Shown piece after piece: positions 19,574 through 28,505 of a stretch of 43,175 bases of DNA. This stretch comes from Methanobacteriota archaeon (GTDB lineage: Archaea; Thermoplasmatota; Poseidoniia; MGIII; CG-Epi1), in assembly GCA_016845825.1 (NCBI GenBank), contig JAERSJ010000155.1:1-43175 (forward strand), read 5' to 3'. The notes beneath the pieces are model-generated. The model was not told where the DNA came from and did no database searches. It saw only the letters and a list, made by a program, of their open reading frames with translations. How positions within the stretch are numbered: position 1 is the first letter of the stretch; every line of letters begins with the position of its first letter. The translations under genes were made by a program, and so were the position numbers.

Positions 19574-21304
19574 TTACGATTTGTCAAAATCTTCTATTCC
19601 GCTTCGCACCCTTACAGCCATTCCTTGTTGGTTAAGTTCTATTTCTTTAGGCCCAATCATCAATTTTCCAAAAGCAATTAATTCATCATTAGGAGTAACC
19701 ACAATGCATTCGTCAAGGCATTTTAATTTTGAATCAATATGCTCTATAAATTTACAAAATACACTTTTTCCTTTTCGATTAAATTCAGCAGTTTCTGAAG
19801 TTACAACTATACGATAAGCAGGTTTTTCTGAATGTTTATGCAACAATTCTGCACCTTTTTTTTGAAGTATAAACATTCCTCTTCTATGGGAAAGCGAAGC
19901 CACATGTTCACCGTCTAGAAGTAAATTCCTCAATCTTCTTGTTTTCCTACTTATTACTAATTCAGTTTCCCCATCCGTAAATATCTTACCGGTGCCTTTG
20001 CCAAATTGATAATCCATAATACTTCTAACGCGAGCAATATCCCATTCTTGCATTTTAAATCCTTCAATATCGTCTTGCAACAGTCCTGGATGAAATGGAT
20101 ATGTCTCGGATAAATGATTTGGTACTTTTCCAAAGTAAGGATGAAGCATTTCACCAGATTCAAACGAATTACTCAGATTAGAAAATATAGGCCTAATATT
20201 TGATTTTTCTCCACTTTTGATAGGAGTTTTATAACGATAAGCAGGTTCAAACTTACCAATCCAGTCAATATTATTTTCTATGACTTCAAAGACTTTCATT
20301 AAGGCTGGAGAAGATCGTAATCGGCTTTCTACCAATTCCCATAGCAATCCGTCGTGAATAGCCTGTTTAATTCTCCTGATTTCAGCAAAAGAAGTCATGA
20401 GATTATGTTTTGCAATAATCTTCTGTCTTTCTTTTTTATCGAGCTTCTTTAGTTCAGCAGCAGTCATACCAGGGAATGCTGAAAACTCACTAGGCAATTC
20501 TTCTAATTCATCTAAATTTCTAGTCCCCCATGTGAACATTAGACTGTCTCTTGAGGCAAATTTAGCATAGCTTGCACTATCAAAAACATCGCATCCCAAA
20601 AATGCAGCTAAAGCAAAAACCATGGGATGACCGCATCCAAAAAGATGCACAGGCCTTGAAATATCAAGCCCTTTTTTAGAGGCTAAAATAACTTCTGATA
20701 AAAGTTTGAAATTATTTTTCTCCATAAGAGGAACGACCCCTCCGATTGGAAAAATTTCAGCTTTTGTTTTTGAAGCCATTTCTGCGGCTTTTGTTCTTAA
20801 ATCTAAATGGCGTCCACCTTGAATAGGCGCAGCTAGGAAAATATCTTGTTTGTTTGCATCGGCAGCTTCAATTCTTTTTTGTGTTTCTTCCAACTCTTTT
20901 TTAGCATCTTCAAACCTAGTTTCAGGTTCACAAAATACATCTAAGACAGTTCCAATATCAACTTTAATCTTTTTTTGGAAATCAAGTATTTCTTCCGGTT
21001 TCATCTCAATTTCGCCGTAAACATGAGATTGAAAAGTTCCACTATCAGTCATTATCGGACCCGGCCAGTTCACTAAGCCATGAACTCCTTTATCTTCAGC
21101 AACTTCCTTCAGTTTTGGATTTTTGTAAATGATATAACTGTTAGTAATAATACCTTGAGCACCGCATTCAGCCAACTCTTCCATAGAGAGCGTCATAATT
21201 TTTGGATTCACAACAGGAAGTAAAGTTGGTGTATCTAGAACTCCGTGTTTGGTTTTAATTTTTCCAAGTCGTGCAAGTCCATCGCGTTTATTGATTTCAA
21301 ACAA
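19574..21304 (-). CDS. tgtA: tRNA-guanine(15) transglycosylase (archaeosine synthesis) with C-terminal PUA domain
   Basis: TP.LLPV.NP, MTDSG.FQ, GGVVPLME, HLFG.GHP, FDSASY motifs; PUA domain GKSVF.KF. Confidence 0.95.
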   Translation of the reverse strand: MFEINKRDGLARLGKIKTKHGVLDTPTLLPVVNPKIMTLSMEELAECGAQGIITNSYIIYKNPKLKEVAEDKGVHGLVNWPGPIMTDSGTFQSHVYGEIEMKPEEILDFQKKIKVDIGTVLDVFCEPETRFEDAKKELEETQKRIEAADANKQDIFLAAPIQGGRHLDLRTKAAEMASKTKAEIFPIGGVVPLMEKNNFKLLSEVILASKKGLDISRPVHLFGCGHPMVFALAAFLGCDVFDSASYAKFASRDSLMFTWGTRNLDELEELPSEFSAFPGMTAAELKKLDKKERQKIIAKHNLMTSFAEIRRIKQAIHDGLLWELVESRLRSSPALMKVFEVIENNIDWIGKFEPAYRYKTPIKSGEKSNIRPIFSNLSNSFESGEMLHPYFGKVPNHLSETYPFHPGLLQDDIEGFKMQEWDIARVRSIMDYQFGKGTGKIFTDGETELVISRKTRRLRNLLLDGEHVASLSHRRGMFILQKKGAELLHKHSEKPAYRIVVTSETAEFNRKGKSVFCKFIEHIDSKLKCLDECIVVTPNDELIAFGKLMIGPKEIELNQQGMAVRVRSGIEDFDKS

Positions 21305-21353
21305 TAAATCTCCACGAAGAAACCTTTATTTCAATTCATCTCTAAATTATATC

Positions 21354-23600
21354 ATGGACGAATTGAATCTACGAGTCACAGGTATGACCTGTGCATCTTG
21401 TGTCGCGTCAGTTGAGTCCATCGTTAGTAATTTAGAAGGTATAGATTCTGTAAGGGTTAATCTTCCTCTTGAAAAAGCCACAATCAGATGGTCTGAAGGT
21501 GCAAATGAAGATTTAGGAGCTGTTAGAGATGCAATTAGTAAAGGAGGATTTGGCTCAGAAGAATATGTAGATCCTAAGAAATATAGGCAGGAATCTTTAG
21601 AAAATGCAAACAAAATGGGTTTGCAGGTTATAATATCTTTAATTTTAACAGTCCCAACATTTTTTCTGACAATGTTTGTCGGAGATTTAGGACAGGTGTA
21701 TGACCTAGATTCACGATTATTTCTCGCTTTCATTTTATCCTCAATAGTTTATTTTTATGCAGGAATGGAATTCCACAAGGGAGCCTGGCAAGCAATTCTA
21801 TCTGGAAGAGCAAACATGGATGTTCTAGTCCATATCGGAACTACGACTGCTATGATTTGGTCTTCGCTTGTAGTATTTTCACCATATCTCGATTTTCTAC
21901 CTTCGATTTTTTCATCAACTACCCATGTATTCTTTGATGGTGCAGCTTTCATAATTTCATTCATTTTACTAGGTAATTGGTTGGAAGCTAGAGCTAAGTT
22001 AAGAGCCACAGATGCAGTTTTTTCGCTAATGGATTTAAAAGCAAAAACTGGTTCGATTGTTAATTCAGATGACTCAGTTTCAGAAGTGCCAGTTGAAGAA
22101 ATATTAATAGGAACTGAAATATTGGTTAAGGTTGGTCAAACAGTACCCTTAGACGGAATAGTAGTGAAAGGGGCAGCTTCAATGGATATGTCAATGATGA
22201 CGGGAGAATCTAATCCTGTTTTTGTTAAAGAGAACGATTTAGTTATGGGAGGTACAATAGTTTTAGATTCAGCAATTCATATAAAATCAACAAAATATCA
22301 TGATGATACAGTATTAGCAAATGTCATTAATTTAGTAGATGAAGCTCAGATGGGTAAGGCTCCAATTCAAAAATTGGTAGATAGAATCTCTGCAGTATTT
22401 GTTCCTGCAGTAGTAATTTGTGCCATTCTTGCTTCGCTTACTTGGATGTTTTTCTCAGAAGGATATGGAGATTATAATTCTACAGAATTAGCCATTATGG
22501 TTTTGGTGTCAACCCTAGTGATAGCTTGTCCATGCGCATTAGGATTAGCTACTCCGACTGCACTCATGGTCGGTACTGGTGTTGGAGCTCAGTATGGCTT
22601 GTTAATCAAAGGTATAGATGCTTTGCAGAATAGCTATAATACAAACACATTAGTTTTAGATAAAACAGGAACTCTTACAGTAGGCACACCATCAATAACA
22701 AATATCAAGTCAATAAGTTCAGATGAAAATAACATTTTGGCAATAGCAGCTTCTCTTGAATCTGCATCCACACATCCAATTGCTAAGGCGATTTCGCAGG
22801 CCCATTTAGAAAATAGCGAAGAATTAATTTCTTTTGACAGGATTGAAAATATAGGTGGAATGGGATTAGTAGGCTATCTAGACAATCAAGAATATGCGAT
22901 AGGAAACCAGCCTCTAATGGAAGAGAAAGAGGTCTTTGTTTCTAATCACATTGAAGAATTAGTGGATGTATTGTCAACTAGTACCGTAGTCTTTGTTTCT
23001 AAAGGAAATAAATTGCTTGGTTGGATTGAGATGAAAGACAAATTAAGGGAAACTACAAACTTAGCAATTTCAAAAGCAAAAGATTTAGGTCTTAAAGTAA
23101 TTATGCTAACTGGAGATAGGGCTGAAACAGCTTTAACGATTTCAAAAGAAGTTGGAATATCAAGGTTTGAGGCTGAGGTCAAACCCGACGGAAAAGCTGA
23201 ATTTGTAAAAAAGTTGCAGACTGAAGGTGCGAGCGTTGCTATGATTGGTGACGGAATTAATGATGCAGCAGCTTTAGCAGTTGCAGATGTTGGAATTGCA
23301 ATGGGTGCAGGTAGTGATATTGCACTAGAGGCTGCAGATATTGTCCTTCTTCGAGATGATTTATTGGATGTAGTATCGACATTAGATTTGGGTAAGGCTA
23401 CAATGGGTAAGATTCGAGGTAATTTAGCTTGGGCATTTGTTTATAATTTAATTGGTATTCCTTTAGCAATGGGAGTCTTAATTTCCTCGACAGGTTGGTT
23501 ATTGCCTCCGGCATTTGCAGCAGGAGCTATGGCATTATCCAGTGTTAGTGTAGTCTTAAATTCTTTGACACTAAGATCTTGGAAGCCATTCAGGGCATGA
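21354..23600 (+). CDS. copA: P1B-1 Cu(I)-translocating ATPase
   Basis: GMTCASC, TGES, CPCALGLATP, DKTGT, HP, GDGIND, YN and MxxSS motifs; ATG 21354 preferred to the overlapping TTG at 21249. Confidence 0.93.
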   Translation: MDELNLRVTGMTCASCVASVESIVSNLEGIDSVRVNLPLEKATIRWSEGANEDLGAVRDAISKGGFGSEEYVDPKKYRQESLENANKMGLQVIISLILTVPTFFLTMFVGDLGQVYDLDSRLFLAFILSSIVYFYAGMEFHKGAWQAILSGRANMDVLVHIGTTTAMIWSSLVVFSPYLDFLPSIFSSTTHVFFDGAAFIISFILLGNWLEARAKLRATDAVFSLMDLKAKTGSIVNSDDSVSEVPVEEILIGTEILVKVGQTVPLDGIVVKGAASMDMSMMTGESNPVFVKENDLVMGGTIVLDSAIHIKSTKYHDDTVLANVINLVDEAQMGKAPIQKLVDRISAVFVPAVVICAILASLTWMFFSEGYGDYNSTELAIMVLVSTLVIACPCALGLATPTALMVGTGVGAQYGLLIKGIDALQNSYNTNTLVLDKTGTLTVGTPSITNIKSISSDENNILAIAASLESASTHPIAKAISQAHLENSEELISFDRIENIGGMGLVGYLDNQEYAIGNQPLMEEKEVFVSNHIEELVDVLSTSTVVFVSKGNKLLGWIEMKDKLRETTNLAISKAKDLGLKVIMLTGDRAETALTISKEVGISRFEAEVKPDGKAEFVKKLQTEGASVAMIGDGINDAAALAVADVGIAMGAGSDIALEAADIVLLRDDLLDVVSTLDLGKATMGKIRGNLAWAFVYNLIGIPLAMGVLISSTGWLLPPAFAAGAMALSSVSVVLNSLTLRSWKPFRA

Positions 23601-23630
23601 TTTCTTAATCAACCTTCAATTTACAAGATT

Positions 23631-23852
23631 ATGACTGAAACGTTAAAATTCCAGATAGACGGAATGACTTGTGGCGGCTGCTCAGGAAGAGTAAAAGGCG
23701 TACTTGAATTAAATTTAAATGTTGAATCAGCAGAAATATCTCACGAAGAAAATAGTGGAATAGTGAAAACTAATGGCCAGATAACTGCAGAAGAATTGGT
23801 GAAGGTAATTGAGCAAACAGGGTTTTCTGCAGCTATTTCGCCCAGCTCGTAA
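23631..23852 (+). CDS. copZ: HMA-domain copper chaperone
   Basis: GMTCGGC motif, 73 aa, adjacent to copA. Confidence 0.85.
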   Translation: MTETLKFQIDGMTCGGCSGRVKGVLELNLNVESAEISHEENSGIVKTNGQITAEELVKVIEQTGFSAAISPSS

Positions 23853-24480
23853 AATTCCTCAGACCATTTGGAGTTCAGATCGGCCTCTTAATTTTAGACC
23901 TAAATTATCCACAATTTTTGCTTTAGTTTCAGGACTATGGATATTCGGAACAGGTGAAGCAATTTTGATTGGTGCAGGAATAGGGGTAAGCCCCTGGACG
24001 GTTCTTGCTCAAGGAATTTCTGAACAGACAAGTTTTACGGTTGGTTTATCTACGTTTATTGTAGGAATAACGGTTCTTTTTCTTTGGATACCTCTTCGAG
24101 AAACTCCAGGTATTGGGACAATTTCAAATATTATTGTAATATCTTTGTCGATTGACGTTATGGGCCCTTTTATCCCTGAGCAGACAAATCTTTTGACACA
24201 GATAATTCAAGCATCGATAGGAATTATTCTTGTTGCAATAGGGAGTGCATTTTACCTCACCGCAAATTTAGGTCCTGGCCCTAGAGATGGGTGGATGACA
24301 GGCATTCAAAAGAGGACAGCATGGCCAATCGGAAGGGTACGTGCAGGAATTGAAATATCGGTATTAGCAATAGGTACTTTTTTAGGAGGAGTTTTTGGAC
24401 TAGGAACAGTAATGTTCGCGCTAAGTATAGGTCCCATGTTGGCAATATGTTTGGGAATTGTTAAGAAATGGGCTATCTAA
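23809..24480 (+). CDS. YczE/YyaS/YitT-like membrane protein
   Basis: G.SPW.VL..G, PGIGT and LGPGPRDG.M.G motifs; TTG start overlapping copZ is uncertain. Confidence 0.8.
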   Translation: MSKQGFLQLFRPARKIPQTIWSSDRPLNFRPKLSTIFALVSGLWIFGTGEAILIGAGIGVSPWTVLAQGISEQTSFTVGLSTFIVGITVLFLWIPLRETPGIGTISNIIVISLSIDVMGPFIPEQTNLLTQIIQASIGIILVAIGSAFYLTANLGPGPRDGWMTGIQKRTAWPIGRVRAGIEISVLAIGTFLGGVFGLGTVMFALSIGPMLAICLGIVKKWAI

Positions 24481-24521
24481 ACTATAATTCTATTAAAGCC
24501 CCATCAAAATGACATCTTAAC

Positions 24522-24598
24522 GGGCCGGTAGATCAGTCTGGAAGATCGCCTCCTTGGCATGGAGGAGGGCGCGAGTTCAAATCTCGCCCGGTCCACCA
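24522..24598 (+). tRNA. tRNA-Ala(GGC), CCA encoded
   Basis: Acceptor stem GGGCCGG/CCGGTCC with G3-U70; anticodon arm CCTCC-TTGGCAT-GGAGG; T-loop TTCAAAT. Confidence 0.97.
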
Positions 24599-24608
24599 TT
24601 TGGTATGT

Positions 24609-25355
24609 ATGGAACTGACTCCTGAAATTCAATCTACTGTAGCAAAAGGTGTAGCACTCACAACAGTAATGCTTTCAACAGGAGTATTAGCTAGATATTT
24701 CAACGTTAAAGTAAACTATACACGTAAAATTAACCATTTTGCAATATTTTTCTTACCTGTATTTATTGATCAACAATTTAATGCTGAAACTTTTGCAGAT
24801 TTCATTTATTTGGCAATTAGCGCCTTGATAACTACATTATCTTTAATTTCGTTTTATGGACCCATTAGACAAGCTATCCCTCCATTCCAACTAATGTTTG
24901 AGGGATTTGATAGGCCGGAAGACAGACCACACACATTGTCCTGGCTTTGGACTCAGTTTGCAGCAGGTTTTGCTGTAATGCTGCCTATGATATGGTTATT
25001 CGGCCAATGGGGATTAGAATCATTAGTTGTAATTCCAATTTTGATTAATGTAATCGGGGATGGATTAGCAGAACCTGTTGGCGTTAGATTTGGAAAATAT
25101 CGTTACAAGACTAGAGCTTTATTTACCAATAAAGAATATTTTAGAACATTTGAGGGGAGTGCTTGCGTATTGATTACTGGCTTTATTGTAATAGCAATGC
25201 ATACCGATTATTTTTCGACGATACAGTTTACTCTTGCAATGCTATTTGTACCTATAATAATGACATTAACTGAAGCTTATTCTCCACATACTTGGGATAC
25301 GCCTTTCTTGATGTTTACAGGCTACGTTTCATTATTATTGATAATGCAATTTTGA
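24609..25355 (+). CDS. CTP-dependent phytol/dolichol/diacylglycerol kinase-like membrane protein
   Basis: RK..H, GDGLAEPVG.RFG, RT.EGS and E..SP..WD motifs. Confidence 0.75.
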   Translation: MELTPEIQSTVAKGVALTTVMLSTGVLARYFNVKVNYTRKINHFAIFFLPVFIDQQFNAETFADFIYLAISALITTLSLISFYGPIRQAIPPFQLMFEGFDRPEDRPHTLSWLWTQFAAGFAVMLPMIWLFGQWGLESLVVIPILINVIGDGLAEPVGVRFGKYRYKTRALFTNKEYFRTFEGSACVLITGFIVIAMHTDYFSTIQFTLAMLFVPIIMTLTEAYSPHTWDTPFLMFTGYVSLLLIMQF

Positions 25356-25372
25356 ATTTTTTAATCAAATAC

Positions 25373-25906
25373 TCATGCAAGAGCTTCGTTAATTCGCTCT
25401 TCTAATTCAGATTGAGAAACAGCCCCACTTTCAGAATAAGTTACCATTCCATCTTTATCTATGATGACTAGTGTAGGACTTCGGTCAGCACCGAAAGCAT
25501 CGGTCATTTCCTCACTTCCGAACACGTAAGCCCAATTTTTACCTTCGGCTCGATCTTCTAAATCCTCCTGACTAACATCTTCAGTTTGTGTTAAGGAGAT
25601 AACTTCAACATCTTCTGGCATTGTAGTACTGTTACAATAACTTTTCAAGACCTCTTTTTCAAAATTGTGGCATGATCCACATCCCATATTCATAAATTCT
25701 AAAACAACTACTTTTTCATTTTCAAAGTCAGATAAATTAAAAGAATTTCCTTCACTATCTGTTAAAGTAAAGTCTGGAGCTTCACTACCAACTTCAACGT
25801 CAATAATGTTGTCTTCAGTTCCACTATCCATGAAATAACTGTTGATTGAAAATCCTCCAACGATTCCTGCGATTAAAAGGGCACCAAACAAAGTTCTTGT
25901 ATCCAT
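25373..25906 (-). CDS. Membrane-anchored TlpA/redoxin-family thioredoxin-fold protein
   Basis: N-terminal TM helix; GSEAPDFTL, CGSC and PT..IIDKDG motifs. Confidence 0.85.
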   Translation of the reverse strand: MDTRTLFGALLIAGIVGGFSINSYFMDSGTEDNIIDVEVGSEAPDFTLTDSEGNSFNLSDFENEKVVVLEFMNMGCGSCHNFEKEVLKSYCNSTTMPEDVEVISLTQTEDVSQEDLEDRAEGKNWAYVFGSEEMTDAFGADRSPTLVIIDKDGMVTYSESGAVSQSELEERINEALA

Positions 25907-25936
25907 ACTTCAAAGTTTACGGCACAGATTTATAGG

Positions 25937-26803
25937 TTATGCAGATTTTAAGAAGGTTAAAATTTTACGATGGTATACTTCAGGTTTTTCTAAAAAAGCC
26001 CAATGTGTAACATCTTCAAATTCGAAAAAAAGTGAACCTTCAATCAATTTATGTATCTCCTTACCAGATTCTGGACTTACCCAATTATCGTTAGATCCAG
26101 ACATAATGAAAGTTGGAATATTTTTTTTACCGATACTTTCGAAGATACTATTCATAGATTTATCGCCGACATATCCTCCAGTAGACAACAGGTGATTTTT
26201 CACAGTATCAATTGTTTTTTCATTCCATATATCTAAATCATTGTAAACTTTAAGAGCCAAATCTTTGGTTTCGTTCTCTTCTAAAACTTCCAATTCCTGA
26301 ACCATTTGTTTCTCCACCTCATGTTTCAATTCAGAGCTTATTTCTCCGTTACTTTCAAATGTTTGAAGTAAGGAAATTAGAACTGGAGAAGTAGGTAGTT
26401 GAGGTACACCAGTAGAGGCTATTAGAATTAAAGATGCACAACTATCCAATTTATCTGCAACCATTGAAGCAATAGAGCCTCCAGCAGAATATCCTACCAA
26501 ATTAATATTTCTTTTAGCGCCAGTCGGAATAAATTTTTCAATCAATTCATTAGCTTGATTGACGTATAGATTTTCAGAAGCAACATTAGGTACGTAATCA
26601 GATTTACCTCTTCCATAAAAATCAAAAGACAAAACTTGAAATCCTTGTTCAATAAGATCTTGAGTTAGATTATTGTAAATGTCTTTAGAAGTGGTTAGAC
26701 CGTGCATTAGAACTACTAAATTATCAGAAGCCTCGCCGGTAATTGAGTATCTTACTTTTCCGTATTCCAAATTAGTAAACCTGTCTATGATTTCCACAGT
26801 CAA
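25937..26803 (-). CDS. Alpha/beta-fold hydrolase
   Basis: HG oxyanion motif, D..GRG.S, nucleophile GYSAGG, acid G.ND, late His. Confidence 0.88.
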   Translation of the reverse strand: MTVEIIDRFTNLEYGKVRYSITGEASDNLVVLMHGLTTSKDIYNNLTQDLIEQGFQVLSFDFYGRGKSDYVPNVASENLYVNQANELIEKFIPTGAKRNINLVGYSAGGSIASMVADKLDSCASLILIASTGVPQLPTSPVLISLLQTFESNGEISSELKHEVEKQMVQELEVLEENETKDLALKVYNDLDIWNEKTIDTVKNHLLSTGGYVGDKSMNSIFESIGKKNIPTFIMSGSNDNWVSPESGKEIHKLIEGSLFFEFEDVTHWAFLEKPEVYHRKILTFLKSA

Positions 26804-26841
26804 CTTTTGATGGTAGATTTATAAAAGTTATTAGCTAGAGA

Positions 26842-27690
26842 CTACAAGAAAGGTTTAACAAATTCTTCAGATAATTCCCATAATTTCACATTATGTTTAT
26901 CATTTTTAGCTTTACTTGAACCTTTTTTCACTTGAGAATTAGCGAAGAACTTTCCAGTAATATTTTTAACTTCATCTGAGCATGCCAGGTGAACACTAGT
27001 TTTTGCACCGTCCTTTACGTTGATTGCAGTTAGCATCATTGCTAGTCTTATTGCATTTCTCCAGAAGAAATTATTATTTTTTCCAAAATTTGTAGATACA
27101 AATCCGGGATGCAAGCAATTTGCAGTAATTCCAGTACCTTCAATTCTTTTCGCTAATTCATAAGTGAACATTACGTTAGCGAGTTTAGATTTTTTGTAAG
27201 TTTCAAAGCCAGCATACTTCTTTTCACCATTCATATTATCGAATTCAAAATCAATACCATAATGAGCACTTGACGAAACATTAACAATTCTTTTGTAATT
27301 GCTTTTTTCAACAAGGGGAAGTAGTTTTTTCGTCATTAGAAAATAGCCTAGGTGATTCAAAGCAAATGTTCGCTCAAATCCTTCTTCAGTAACTTCTCTA
27401 GATGTAAAATAAGCTCCAACATTGTTTAACAAAACATCAATTCTAGGATATTTTTTGGATACTTCATCAGCAACTCGAGAAACTTCTTTCATCAACATGA
27501 GATCCGCTATCAAGTAATCAATGTCTACATGGCTATCAGCTACTTTTCTTATTTGCTCTACAACTTTCTTCCCTTTTGTTTTGCTTCTTCCAATAAGAAT
27601 TAGATTACATCCTTTTTTTGCTAGTTCGATAGCAGCTTCTTTACCGATTCCATCGGTAGCTCCTGTGATTAGGCAAGTGCGACCGTTCAT
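26842..27690 (-). CDS. Short-chain dehydrogenase/reductase (retinol-DH/WWOX-like)
   Basis: TGATDGIG, NNVG, VSS, YKKSK and HPG.V.T motifs. Confidence 0.92.
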   Translation of the reverse strand: MNGRTCLITGATDGIGKEAAIELAKKGCNLILIGRSKTKGKKVVEQIRKVADSHVDIDYLIADLMLMKEVSRVADEVSKKYPRIDVLLNNVGAYFTSREVTEEGFERTFALNHLGYFLMTKKLLPLVEKSNYKRIVNVSSSAHYGIDFEFDNMNGEKKYAGFETYKKSKLANVMFTYELAKRIEGTGITANCLHPGFVSTNFGKNNNFFWRNAIRLAMMLTAINVKDGAKTSVHLACSDEVKNITGKFFANSQVKKGSSKAKNDKHNVKLWELSEEFVKPFL

Positions 27691-28505
27691 GATTTCACCA
27701 TTAGATACCTATGATAATGTAGGTTTCCAGATTTAAACGCCTCATAGACAGGAGTTCCCTGTACTCCAGCAAAGGTCTCAAAGCTTTTTTTCATTCCCAT
27801 TGGCACACTTTCACTAATTCCTCTAACTTTACTATCATTAATATCATCTAAAGCCTCTAAAACTTCTTTGGTAATTTCTTTTTTCGATACAATATCAAAC
27901 CCAGCTTTCAAAAATATTTCATGTAATTTTTCCATACTCTCTTTATCCCTAAAGTCAGTCCAACAGAAATTTCCATCGGCCTTAAGAGAACGATAAACCT
28001 CTTTCACAAACGCTTCCACATTTCCATAACAATGCGATGATTCTACGTTGTAAATTATATCTTTGGAATTGTTTTTCAGTGGAAGGTCTTCGGCATTACC
28101 AACTTGGAAAGAAAGATTCTTTTGTGAAGAATACCAATTACTTGCTAATCCAATAGCGTCTTTGGAAAAATCAAATGCAGTCAACCTTTTTGGATTATAT
28201 GTTTTAGCTATCCAAGAAGCTCCACCGCCCCTTCCACAACCAACTTCTACAACCTCTTTTCCCTTCAGATCTACGTCACGAATGTTCATATTGTATAATT
28301 GGATGAAAAGACGATTTGGTTCATCTTCTTTTAATAATTTTAATTCTTTACCGTCTCTGTAACCATAATTCATGAAGCGGAAATCAGCCCTTCCATGTGC
28401 TTTTGCTAATCTTTGATACCACCATTTCCACATCCAGTTTCTAGTTCTACCTGGTGCAATTCTCAGTAGAGTTGCAAAAATGCGGGCAGGGATTCCCATT
28501 GCCAT
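27687..28505 (-). CDS. Class I SAM-dependent methyltransferase (lipid O-methyltransferase-like)
   Basis: FMNYGY, EVGCGRGGG, GNAEDLP and NVESSHCY motifs. Confidence 0.85.
   Translation of the reverse strand: MAMGIPARIFATLLRIAPGRTRNWMWKWWYQRLAKAHGRADFRFMNYGYRDGKELKLLKEDEPNRLFIQLYNMNIRDVDLKGKEVVEVGCGRGGGASWIAKTYNPKRLTAFDFSKDAIGLASNWYSSQKNLSFQVGNAEDLPLKNNSKDIIYNVESSHCYGNVEAFVKEVYRSLKADGNFCWTDFRDKESMEKLHEIFLKAGFDIVSKKEITKEVLEALDDINDSKVRGISESVPMGMKKSFETFAGVQGTPVYEAFKSGNLHYHRYLMVKS

Noticed and set aside
21249-21353. N-terminal extension of CopA from TTG 21249
   Set aside because: It overlaps divergent tgtA and the promoter region; the HMA domain starts right after ATG 21354.
24522-24598. tRNA-Ala or tRNA-Lys as integration sites for an island
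   Set aside because: No integrase, no duplicated tRNA 3' end and no obvious compositional shift seen by eye.
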